Assembly (NCBI GenBank): GCA_002478945.1
Contig: DLKM01000025.1
Location: 46,557 to 110,556, forward strand
Direction: 5' to 3'
Source of the DNA: Christensenella sp. UBA7588
Lineage (GTDB): Bacteria; Bacillota; Clostridia; Christensenellales; CAG-917
Length of the DNA: 64,000 nucleotides
Shown piece by piece: positions 1 to 8,953 of this stretch. Under the pieces are notes generated by a model. That model had not been told where the DNA came from. It worked only from the letters and a program-made list of their open reading frames with translations, and did not search any database. Numbering within the stretch: the stretch's first letter is position 1; each line of letters begins with the position of its first letter. Made by a program: the position numbers and the translations under genes.

Positions 1-2289
1 GAGAACGCGATAATTCTTTACGCCCTCCAAATCCTCGAGTTCGGTAAGTTCGTGGAAATGCGTTGCGAAAAGAGTTTTTGCTTTAATATTTTTCGTTATG
101 TATTCGAGAACCGCCCACGCGATTGAAAGTCCGTCGAACGTGGACGTGCCTCTGCCGATTTCGTCGAGAACGAGCAAACTGGAATCGGTTGCATAATTCA
201 AAATGGTCGCAACCTCTATCATTTCCACCATAAACGTACTTTGTCCGCCGCTCAAATCGTCGCTTGCGCCTATTCTCGTAAATATACGGTCGGTAAGCGA
301 AATTTCCGCAGATTTTGCAGGCACGAAACAGCCGATGTGCGCCATTAACGTAATTATTGCGACTTGCCTCATATAAGTGCTTTTGCCTGCCATATTTGGA
401 CCCGTGATAATCATCGTTCTGTTGTCCGAATCGTCAAGAAGCGTGTCGTTAGGCACATAGGCACCCTTGTCGAGCAACGTCTCGACAACCGGATGTCTGC
501 CGTCGGATATATTTATGCTCTTGACTTTTTTGTTTATAAGCGGTTTGACGTATTTGTTGGCAACGGAAACGTTTGCAAACGAAAGCAGACAATCGAGCGT
601 GCTGAGCGCGGTTGCGTTTGACTGCAATTTTGCAAAATTCTCTATGCAAAGCGACTTGAGTTCTCCGAAAATTTTGTCCTCGAGCATCTGCACGTTTGCC
701 TCTGCGGAGAGGATTTTTTCTTCTAATTCTTTAAGTTCCGCCGTAATATATCTCTCTCCGTTTACAAGCGTTTGCTTGCGTTCGTAACGATACGGTACTT
801 TGTCCGTAAAAGACTTCGACACTTCGATATAATATCCGAAAACTTTGTTGTAGCCGACTTTCAGAGTGCGAATACCCGTTTCGTCTCTTTCTCTTGCTTC
901 GAGATTTGCAAGCCACTCCCTTGCGGACGTCTTTATCGAGCGCATTCCGTCAAGAGTCTCGTCATAACCTTTTGCGATGTAACCGCCGTTTTTATAGCTG
1001 TTTACTCCGTCTCTGTCGAGCGCGCTTTGAAGCGTGGCGCAAACGGATTTCAAAGAGTCCAAATCGGCGTTTATATGCTTGAGCATACTCGCTTTTGCCT
1101 CTTTCAGTGTGAGTTTTATTTGAGGAATAACCTCGAGCGTATCGCTAATCGACAACAAATCTTTTGGAGTTGCGTTGCCGTATGCGAGGCGACCGTTCAA
1201 TCTTTCAAGGTCGCGCGCTTGTTGCAATGCCGCGCCGAGTCGTTCTCTGATTGCTTTGGATTCCGTCAGGTTTTCGACTGCATCGAGACGAGCGTTAATC
1301 TGTTCGCTGTCTTGAAGCGGTTGCTCAATCCATCTTTTGAGCGTGCGCGCGCCCATAGCCGTATTCGTCTTGTCGAGAACGGACAACAAAGAGCCTTGAC
1401 GCTTCCCGTCTCTTGCGCGTTGAGTGAGTTCGAGATTCCTGCGAGTGGAATTGTCGAGCATCATAAACGACTTGTCGTGCAAAAATACGATTTTATTTAA
1501 TTGTGCGAGCGAACGTTTTTGAGTTTGCGCAAGATATTCGAGCAAACCGCCCGTGGCGCAAACCGCATAAGGACGATTTTCGATTTCGAAAACCTCCAGC
1601 GACGGAACGTTGAACGTAGAGCAAATCTTCTTTGTAGCCACGTTCAATCCGTATGCGAATTGATGATAGCAATGCGCCCTCTTTTCGCTCGCTTTGAAGA
1701 ATTGCGTCTTTTGATATTTTGACAGAAAGTCCTCGTTGCATATAATTTCGCTCGGAGATATGCTTCCGAGTAAGTTGGACAGTTTGTCGAGATAATTCTC
1801 TCCCTCATACTCGTAAACGTTGAACTCGCCCGTGGAAATGTCCGTCCACGCGATTCCGAAAGCGTTCGATTGAGTGAAAACGGAGCAAAGATAGTTGGAC
1901 GAACGCTCGTCGAGAATATCTTCTTCCATAACGGTTCCGCTCGAAACGACTCTCACGACGTCACGTTCCACCAACTCGCCTTTAGCGGTGTTGGCAGGGT
2001 CGCTCAACTGTTCGCAAATAGCCACTCTGTAGCCGTTTTCTATAAGTTTTCTTATATAATTGTCGACGGCGTGATAAGGCACACCGCACATAGGAGCGCG
2101 CTCCCCCAAGCCGCAATCTCTGCCCGTAAGAGTAAGGTCGAGAACGCGCGAAGCAGTCACGGCGTCGTCAAAAAACATCTCGTAAAAATCTCCGAGTCTG
2201 AAAAACAGCAGACAATCGGGATAATTGTCTTTGATGAGAAAATATTTTCTCATCATAGGTGTCAGTTTATTGCGGTCGATTTCCATCAT
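1..2289 (-). CDS. mutS: DNA mismatch repair protein MutS, N-terminal ~760 aa; the 3' end runs off the window
   Basis: The reverse strand from the ATG at 2289 reads MMEIDRNKLTPMMRKYFLIKDNYPDCLLFFRLGDFYEMFFDDA...MCGVPYH, a canonical MutS N-terminus. It is absent from the ORF track because there is no in-window stop. ATGA overlap with the miaB stop. Confidence 0.9.
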   Translation of the reverse strand, partial: MMEIDRNKLTPMMRKYFLIKDNYPDCLLFFRLGDFYEMFFDDAVTASRVLDLTLTGRDCGLGERAPMCGVPYHAVDNYIRKLIENGYRVAICEQLSDPANTAKGELVERDVVRVVSSGTVMEEDILDERSSNYLCSVFTQSNAFGIAWTDISTGEFNVYEYEGENYLDKLSNLLGSISPSEIICNEDFLSKYQKTQFFKASEKRAHCYHQFAYGLNVATKKICSTFNVPSLEVFEIENRPYAVCATGGLLEYLAQTQKRSLAQLNKIVFLHDKSFMMLDNSTRRNLELTQRARDGKRQGSLLSVLDKTNTAMGARTLKRWIEQPLQDSEQINARLDAVENLTESKAIRERLGAALQQARDLERLNGRLAYGNATPKDLLSISDTLEVIPQIKLTLKEAKASMLKHINADLDSLKSVCATLQSALDRDGVNSYKNGGYIAKGYDETLDGMRSIKTSAREWLANLEARERDETGIRTLKVGYNKVFGYYIEVSKSFTDKVPYRYERKQTLVNGERYITAELKELEEKILSAEANVQMLEDKIFGELKSLCIENFAKLQSNATALSTLDCLLSFANVSVANKYVKPLINKKVKSINISDGRHPVVETLLDKGAYVPNDTLLDDSDNRTMIITGPNMAGKSTYMRQVAIITLMAHIGCFVPAKSAEISLTDRIFTRIGASDDLSGGQSTFMVEMIEVATILNYATDSSLLVLDEIGRGTSTFDGLSIAWAVLEYITKNIKAKTLFATHFHELTELEDLEGVKNYRVL

Positions 2290-3641
2290 TCAACCTCCTT
2301 ATGCCCGAAAAGCGAAGCGGACTTGGATTGAGTTATTCTCACGTTGAAAAACTTGCCGATATCGTCTTTCGTACCCTCGAACGTTACGAGCCTGCCGCCC
2401 TCAGTTCTTCCGCATACCATACCTTCGTATTTGGGAGCGACGTCCTCGCACAGGACCTCGAAAACTTTGTCTATAAACGTATCCGAAATCTCTTTCGTAA
2501 TTTTGTTCTGAAGTTTTATAAGCCTTGAAATGCGCTCTTGTTTGATTGCATAAGGAATCTGCTCCATCTTTGCGGCAGGAGTGCCTTTTCTCGGAGAATA
2601 AATAAAGGTAAACGCATTGCTGTAACGCACTTTTTCCACTATTTCGAGCGTTTTTTGGAAGTCATCCTCCGTCTCGGTCGGGAATCCCACCATAATATCC
2701 GTCGTAATGCCGATGTCGGGCATACGCTGTCTCAACTTTTCTATGGTTTGAAGATACTTTTCGCTGTCGTATCTGCGATTCATATTTGCAAGCACCTTGT
2801 CGGAACCTGCTTGAATGGGCAGATGCAGATTGTTGCAAATCTTGCTCGATGTTGCCATTGCGTCGATAATATCGTCGTTCAAATCCTTCGGATGCGAAGT
2901 CATAAATCTTACGCGGAATTTTCCTTCGATTTTGTCGATTTCACGCAACAAATTTGCAAAATTTACGTTTTCGTCGTCAACGTCGTTTCCGTATGAATTG
3001 ACGTTTTGACCGAGCAACGTAATCTCTTTGTAGCCCTCTGCGACGCACTTTTTCACTTCGTCGAGAACGCTGTTCATATCTCTTGAAACTTCCCTTCCTC
3101 TGACGTACGGGACGATGCAATATGTGCAGAAATTGTTGCATCCGTAGATAATGTTTATCCACGCGTTCGGAAAACTCGTTCTCGTCTGCGGAGTTTTCTC
3201 GTCGATTTCGAGATAATTTTGAGGTTGGACGGTATCGAAGCAACGATATTTTTTGTCGTTTCTCTTTTTTATACGGGAACGAGCCTCTTTGACTTTGGTT
3301 ATCTCGTCTCCGAGTTCGGCAATATTTCTCGTGCCGAGAACGATGTCGACGTACGGGTATCTTTCTTTCAGACTTTCCGAAACGCCTTCTTGTTGCGGCA
3401 TACATCCCACGACAGCCAAAATAAGGTCGGGATTACGTTTTTTCTCGGCTTTGGTTACGCCGATATTGCCGAGCGCTCTGCGCTCCGCCGTGTCTCTTAT
3501 GCAACAAGTATTGAAAACTATCACGTCGGGATTCTCTCCGTCGGGACAATCGGCGTATCCCATTTTTTCGAGTATGCCCGCAATTTTTTCACTTTCGTGA
3601 ACGTTCATCTGACATCCGTATGTATTGATTTTGTAAAACAT
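2286..3641 (-). CDS. miaB: tRNA-i6A37 methylthiotransferase MiaB (radical SAM plus TRAM domain)
   Basis: N-terminal YGCQMN, radical SAM CNNFCTYCIVPYVRG motif and a C-terminal TRAM-like region. The miaB-mutS adjacency is typical of Firmicutes. Confidence 0.88.
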   Translation of the reverse strand: MFYKINTYGCQMNVHESEKIAGILEKMGYADCPDGENPDVIVFNTCCIRDTAERRALGNIGVTKAEKKRNPDLILAVVGCMPQQEGVSESLKERYPYVDIVLGTRNIAELGDEITKVKEARSRIKKRNDKKYRCFDTVQPQNYLEIDEKTPQTRTSFPNAWINIIYGCNNFCTYCIVPYVRGREVSRDMNSVLDEVKKCVAEGYKEITLLGQNVNSYGNDVDDENVNFANLLREIDKIEGKFRVRFMTSHPKDLNDDIIDAMATSSKICNNLHLPIQAGSDKVLANMNRRYDSEKYLQTIEKLRQRMPDIGITTDIMVGFPTETEDDFQKTLEIVEKVRYSNAFTFIYSPRKGTPAAKMEQIPYAIKQERISRLIKLQNKITKEISDTFIDKVFEVLCEDVAPKYEGMVCGRTEGGRLVTFEGTKDDIGKFFNVRITQSKSASLFGHKEVE

Positions 3642-3748
3642 CGTATTCTCCTAATATGACGTCGTCTTTCGTATGTGCGCGTATGCGCGATTCTATATCC
3701 AAAAAATTATTATACATAAAAAAAGCGCATAAAACAATAATAATTTTG

Positions 3749-6019
3749 ATGAAAAACGACCGAAAAATCAAAAAACTTCTTCCGGACGAGCAAAAACGCA
3801 AAAAACGTAAAAAAATAGTACTGACTATCGTCCTCGTTTTGACGTTGATGCCGATTCTCGCAGTTGCGATTTCGGCGGCAGGCTTCGCAATATGGGCGGA
3901 CGGAGTATCTCTTGACCGCACTCTACTGCCTACTGCAACCGCAAAACCCGTATTTTACGATATAAACAACGACAAAATCGATTATCTGACCGACGATTAT
4001 TTAACGAAAGACGAAATTCCGCAAAATCTTAAAAACGCTTTCGTCGCATTAGAGGACAAGCGTTTTTATTCACATAAAGGATACGACCCGATAAGAATCG
4101 GCGGCGCAATGTTAAGCAATATCAAATCGCATTCGGTAAAAGAAGGCGCGTCCACGATAACCCAACAACTCGTCAAAAACACGCATTTGAGCAACGAGCG
4201 GACTTTTCAGAGAAAACTCAACGAAATCGCGATAGCGCGAAAAGTCGAAAAAGAATATTCAAAAGACGAAATACTTGCGATGTATTTAAGCGTAATTTAC
4301 TTCGGAAACGGTGCTTACGGCGTAAAACAAGCGTCACAACTGTATTTTGACAAAGAGATAGACGAATTGTCTTTGCAAGAGTGCGCCACGCTTGCAGGCA
4401 TAGTTAAAAATCCGAGCAAATACTCGCCTTTTGCAAAAGAAGCAGATTGCGTCGCAAGACGAAACCTTACTCTCGAGATAATGCGCAAAGAAGGATATAT
4501 CGACGACGAAGAATGCGCAAAAGCGTCCGCGACTCCTATAACTAAGTCGCAAAAAGACAAAAAAGCGAAAAACGGGAGCGGATTTTGCGACGCATACGTC
4601 AAAAAAGTAATAGACGAGGTGTGCGATTCTTTGGGAATAACCAAATATCAGCTTAACAATTCGGGATATAAGATTTACACCAACCTCAACGTCGAATTGC
4701 AGAAAAGTTTATATAATAACGCGCTTAATTCGTCGTTGCGCGAAAACGACGACGTTGAAAGCGTTCAAATCGTTGCCGACAACGAAAACAACGCAATCGT
4801 CGCATATTACTCGACGTTACCCTACGACGTCAAAAGACAGGCAGGCTCGATTATGAAGCCCGTTGCGGTATACGCACCTGCGATAGATATGAATATCGTA
4901 TCGCTTTCTACTCCAGTCATAGACGAAAAAATCGATTATTCGGGTTATAGTCCGTCAAATTTCAACGACGTGTATCTCGGAGAAACCACCGTAAGACAAG
5001 CGATTCAAAAATCGCTCAACAGCGTTGCCGTCAAGACGTTAAGTTACGTCGGAATAGACAATAGTGCCAAATACATTTCTAATTTTGGGCTAAAATTAGA
5101 ATACTCTGACCATAATTTTACCATTGCGCTCGGTGCAACGTCGAAAGGAGTATCTCCTCTTTCTATGACGGACGCATACTGCACTTTCGCAAACGAAGGC
5201 GCATTTTGCAAAAGCAGTTTTATAAAACGCATAACGGATAACGGAACAAAAATATATGAACCCGACAAACAAAAAACGAAAGTCGTCAAGGTTTCGACCG
5301 CAAACATCGTTACCGACGCGCTTATAGATACCGTCAAAGACGGAACTGCGCGCACGTTGTCTGCGCTTCCCTTCGAAGTTGCGGCAAAGACAGGCACGGC
5401 GCAACGCTCCGACGGCAAAAACAGCGACGCTTGGTGTATGAGTTATAACGAAGCATATACGGTGTGCGTATGGCACGGAAACGACGTCGGAATAAACGAA
5501 AGAGGCGGTGGTTACCCTGCGCAAAACAACAAAGAGATTTGGAAAGCGATTTCAAAGCAATCGAATCAGCCTCAAAAGTTTGCTCACGACAACGAAATAG
5601 AATACAAAGACATAGACACCTATGCGTTGCAAAGCAAAAAACAAGTTCTGCTTGCAACGGAAAACACCCCTGTAGAATACCGAAAACGCGAGGTTTTCCC
5701 TGTAGGTTCTTTCATCGAACAATCGGATTGTTTCGATGCCGTAAACGACTTTGATTTTCAAGCCGTCGCAAACGCAAATCGAGTCGTCTTGACGTTAGAC
5801 ACCCAAAAAATATACACTTACAGAATTTACCGAACGGATATTTTCGGTCAGACGCTCTTGTGCGAATTAAGCAACGACGAAAGCGTTCAAAAAGAGATTT
5901 ACGACACTCCTCTTGCATTTTATAATCTCGTTGAATATCGTATAGAGTGTTTCGTTACCGCAAATCCGCAAGCCTTGAGCGCAATCGTCAAACAAGTTTA
6001 CGTCGATGACAATCTTTAA
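3749..6019 (+). CDS. Class A penicillin-binding protein (glycosyltransferase 51 plus transpeptidase)
   Basis: EDKRFYSHKGYD and GASTITQQL glycosyltransferase motifs, a TM anchor and a transpeptidase region with KTGTA. Start chosen at the internal MKNDRK (3749) rather than the track's 3656. Confidence 0.85.
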   Translation: MKNDRKIKKLLPDEQKRKKRKKIVLTIVLVLTLMPILAVAISAAGFAIWADGVSLDRTLLPTATAKPVFYDINNDKIDYLTDDYLTKDEIPQNLKNAFVALEDKRFYSHKGYDPIRIGGAMLSNIKSHSVKEGASTITQQLVKNTHLSNERTFQRKLNEIAIARKVEKEYSKDEILAMYLSVIYFGNGAYGVKQASQLYFDKEIDELSLQECATLAGIVKNPSKYSPFAKEADCVARRNLTLEIMRKEGYIDDEECAKASATPITKSQKDKKAKNGSGFCDAYVKKVIDEVCDSLGITKYQLNNSGYKIYTNLNVELQKSLYNNALNSSLRENDDVESVQIVADNENNAIVAYYSTLPYDVKRQAGSIMKPVAVYAPAIDMNIVSLSTPVIDEKIDYSGYSPSNFNDVYLGETTVRQAIQKSLNSVAVKTLSYVGIDNSAKYISNFGLKLEYSDHNFTIALGATSKGVSPLSMTDAYCTFANEGAFCKSSFIKRITDNGTKIYEPDKQKTKVVKVSTANIVTDALIDTVKDGTARTLSALPFEVAAKTGTAQRSDGKNSDAWCMSYNEAYTVCVWHGNDVGINERGGGYPAQNNKEIWKAISKQSNQPQKFAHDNEIEYKDIDTYALQSKKQVLLATENTPVEYRKREVFPVGSFIEQSDCFDAVNDFDFQAVANANRVVLTLDTQKIYTYRIYRTDIFGQTLLCELSNDESVQKEIYDTPLAFYNLVEYRIECFVTANPQALSAIVKQVYVDDNL

Positions 6020-6043
6020 TAACGCAAACGATACCAAACGTAA

Positions 6044-6072
6044 AAAACCGTAGCAAACGCCACGGTTTTTTC
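6044..6072. terminator. Putative bidirectional hairpin terminator between the convergent PBP gene and thiI
   Basis: aaaaaaCCGTagcaaacgccACGGtttttt: short stem flanked by an A-run and a T-run. Confidence 0.4.
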
Positions 6073-6098
6073 GTTTATTATTCCGAAATCGGAAACTC

Positions 6099-7277
6099 TC
6101 AGACTATTTCTATCCCCTCAACCGCTTTTTTGACGAGAGCGTCGATGTCCATTGCTTTTTCCGCCTCTCTGACTCTGTCGAGTTTCGGATGTATGGCAGG
6201 ATTCTTTGGCAAGAATATCGTGCAACAATCTTCAAACGGTTCAATCGAAGTCTCGTAAGTGCCGATTTTTCTTGCGAGTGCCATCGTTTCTTCTTTATCG
6301 AAAGCAACGAGCGGCCTGAAAATAGGAAGTCCCGCGCAATCTTCGGTGGAAGTCATACTTTCAACCGTTTGCGACGCGACCTGACCGAGGCTTTCGCCCG
6401 TAATTATCGCTTTGCACTCCGTATTGTTTGCGACTATCGTTGCGATGCGCATCATAAATCTGCGCATTATCGTAATCATAAATTTGGCAGGACAAACTCT
6501 GTGAATCTCCATTTGAATCTCGGTAAACGGCACAATATAAAGTTTTATATCGGTGGCGTATTTGCTTACGATATTGCGAAGTTCGATAACTTTTTCTTTT
6601 GCTCTTTCCGACGTATAAGGCGGCGAGCAGAAATGTATAGCGCAAAGTTTCATTCCTCTTTTTGCCATCATATACGCCGCAACGGGAGAATCTATACCGC
6701 CCGAAAGCAACATAAGTCCTTTGCTCGAACAGCCGACTGGAAGTCCGCCTGCGCCGGCAATAACATCGCTGAATACAAACGAAAATCCGTTTTCTCTTAT
6801 ATCCACCATAAAATCGTAATCGAAATCGGTCAAATCCACCTTAAACGAGGTGTTTGCAAGCACGACTCCGCCGAGTTCCGCGGCAATTTCATAGGAGGCT
6901 TTCGGAATGCGTTTGTCCGCGCGCTTTACGGTTACTCTGAATTTTGCACTCTTAAGCACGCATTCTTCTTCCGTACGCACAGCCAAATCTTTTAAGCACG
7001 CTTTTATATCGCAAAAACCTTGCTCCGCTTTGGTTTCGACCTTATACGCAATCGAAAGCGAGTAAATTCCGAACACTTTTTTAAGACGTTCGACAATCTC
7101 CGCTTCGTCGTCGACGTCGAAATTTTCAACAAAATACCTGCCTTGCGAGCGCGTGAAATCAAATTTCAAGCCGTAAAGCGAATGTTTGATGTTCTTGATA
7201 AGCAGGCTTTCAAAGTAATCGCGATTTTTGCCTTTGAGAAAAATCTCTCCGTAGCGAATTATAATAACTTTTTGCAT
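6099..7277 (-). CDS. thiI: tRNA 4-thiouridine synthase ThiI
   Basis: N-terminal IIRYGEIFLKGKNR, THUMP region and the PP-loop motif LSGGIDSPVAAY. Confidence 0.9.
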   Translation of the reverse strand: MQKVIIIRYGEIFLKGKNRDYFESLLIKNIKHSLYGLKFDFTRSQGRYFVENFDVDDEAEIVERLKKVFGIYSLSIAYKVETKAEQGFCDIKACLKDLAVRTEEECVLKSAKFRVTVKRADKRIPKASYEIAAELGGVVLANTSFKVDLTDFDYDFMVDIRENGFSFVFSDVIAGAGGLPVGCSSKGLMLLSGGIDSPVAAYMMAKRGMKLCAIHFCSPPYTSERAKEKVIELRNIVSKYATDIKLYIVPFTEIQMEIHRVCPAKFMITIMRRFMMRIATIVANNTECKAIITGESLGQVASQTVESMTSTEDCAGLPIFRPLVAFDKEETMALARKIGTYETSIEPFEDCCTIFLPKNPAIHPKLDRVREAEKAMDIDALVKKAVEGIEIV

Positions 7278-7282
7278 ATATC

Positions 7283-8428
7283 CTATATCCTTTTGTATTC
7301 GGTAAGTTTTTTAAGGCTGTTCTTTATTGTGTCGACGATAAAGTCCACGTCGCTTGTATCGTTTTCATAAGACGTACTGAATCTGATTATTCCGTCTCTA
7401 TGGCTTTCGTCAAGCCCCAAAAGCGACTTAAATCTGCTCTCGTGATGTGACGAACAAGCCGAGCCGATGCCGACGAGAATACCTTTGTCCTCTATATCGT
7501 GAAGAAGCACTTCGCCTCTGACGTTTTTGAAAGCGACCGTCAAAATACTCTCTGCGCAAGCGTCTTTCGGAGACACGACGACAACATCGTCGATTTCCTT
7601 TTCGAGTTTTTCGAGCAACACGTTCTTAAATGCGGCTTTTTTCGCAATATCGTCTGCAAAAGATTGAAAGCAAATCTCGACTGCTTTTGCAAAACCTAAT
7701 ATGCAAGGCGCGTTTTCCGTACCCGAGCGGAATCCTTTTTCCTGACCGCCACCGTACAAAAGCGGCTTGACAGGCGTTCCTTTTTTGACAAACAGTCCGC
7801 CTATGCCCTTCGGTCCGTGTATTTTGTGAGCGGAAATCGAGTATAAATCAACGTCAAGCGCACGCAAATTTACTTTTATTTTTCCGAAAGCCTGCACTCC
7901 GTCGCTGTGAAAAACCGCGTTAGGCGCAAATTTTCTCGTAAGTTTTACAAGTCGCGCAATATCGTTGATTGCGCCCGTCTCGTTGCTGACGTGCATAATC
8001 GACACAAGCGAAACGTTGTCGTTTAGAAGATTCTTAAACTCGTCTACGTCAACGGAACCGTCGGTTTTAATAGGCGCGAATACGACGTCGAAGCCCTGCG
8101 CGGAAAGTTGATTTGCGCTATTGATGATTGCGTCGTGTTCTCCGAGCCCTACGATGATTCTGCTACCTTTGGGCTTTCTCGTGCAGAACAGAGCCGTATT
8201 GTCCGATTCCGTACCGCCCGACGTAAAATAAAGTTCTCCGTCGGGAGCGTGCAATGCGTTTTTTATGCTTTCTCTTGCGTTTTTAATTTTGACAGACAAC
8301 TGCACGGACGGTTTATAAAGAGCCGACGGGTTGAAAAAATCGTCCACGCTTTCTTTCATAATCGCGGACGCCACGTCGGGATATATTTTCGTCGTTGCGG
8401 CGTTGTCAAGATATATCAATTTATCCAT
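7283..8428 (-). CDS. Cysteine desulfurase (class V aminotransferase, NifS/IscS-like)
   Basis: IYLDNAATT N-terminus, SAHKIHGPKG PLP-lysine motif and GSACSS active-site loop. Adjacent to thiI, as in Bacillus nifZ-thiI. Confidence 0.85.
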   Translation of the reverse strand: MDKLIYLDNAATTKIYPDVASAIMKESVDDFFNPSALYKPSVQLSVKIKNARESIKNALHAPDGELYFTSGGTESDNTALFCTRKPKGSRIIVGLGEHDAIINSANQLSAQGFDVVFAPIKTDGSVDVDEFKNLLNDNVSLVSIMHVSNETGAINDIARLVKLTRKFAPNAVFHSDGVQAFGKIKVNLRALDVDLYSISAHKIHGPKGIGGLFVKKGTPVKPLLYGGGQEKGFRSGTENAPCILGFAKAVEICFQSFADDIAKKAAFKNVLLEKLEKEIDDVVVVSPKDACAESILTVAFKNVRGEVLLHDIEDKGILVGIGSACSSHHESRFKSLLGLDESHRDGIIRFSTSYENDTSDVDFIVDTIKNSLKKLTEYKRI

Positions 8429-8449
8429 TTTTCAAGTATCTAATGCGGT

Positions 8450-8953
8450 TTATTTGTCTGCATTCTCAAATGCTTCGTTCAACAGAGCCACCATATATTC
8501 GTCGGGAGAAAACAGCACTTTTCTCGTCGTGCCGTCTTTTAAGCCGAACGTTATTTGATATACGCCTCTGTCGTACGCTTTGTCGCAACAAAGAATGTCT
8601 TTGCCTTTGCCCTCGTCAAAAACGTCAGTCATAATTCCGAAAGAAATCGCGTCTTTGAGCATAAGCGACAAAACGGGCGTTTGCTTGTTTACGACGTCCT
8701 TTTTTACGACGGTAAATCTCGTCGGAGAAAACTCGTAAAAAAACTCTTTTGCAACTCTGTTGTAAAAATGTATGTTGACGATTCCTACGGCGAAGAATAC
8801 TGCAAACGCAAACATAAAATACCAGCTGTAAAATGCGGACACCATTATAAAGCCGAAAGAAAACAGCAAAAAGAAAATTCCCGTCCACTGCATTGTTTTG
8901 GCTTTTGAGCCGACCGTCACTTCAACCGCTTGCGAATAGTTTTCAACCATCAC
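8450..8953 (-). CDS. Hypothetical membrane protein (2 TM plus a soluble C-terminal domain)
   Basis: ORF with two hydrophobic helices. Its start overlaps the mutS2 stop (ATGA-type coupling). No family recognised. Confidence 0.45.
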   Translation of the reverse strand: MMVENYSQAVEVTVGSKAKTMQWTGIFFLLFSFGFIMVSAFYSWYFMFAFAVFFAVGIVNIHFYNRVAKEFFYEFSPTRFTVVKKDVVNKQTPVLSLMLKDAISFGIMTDVFDEGKGKDILCCDKAYDRGVYQITFGLKDGTTRKVLFSPDEYMVALLNEAFENADK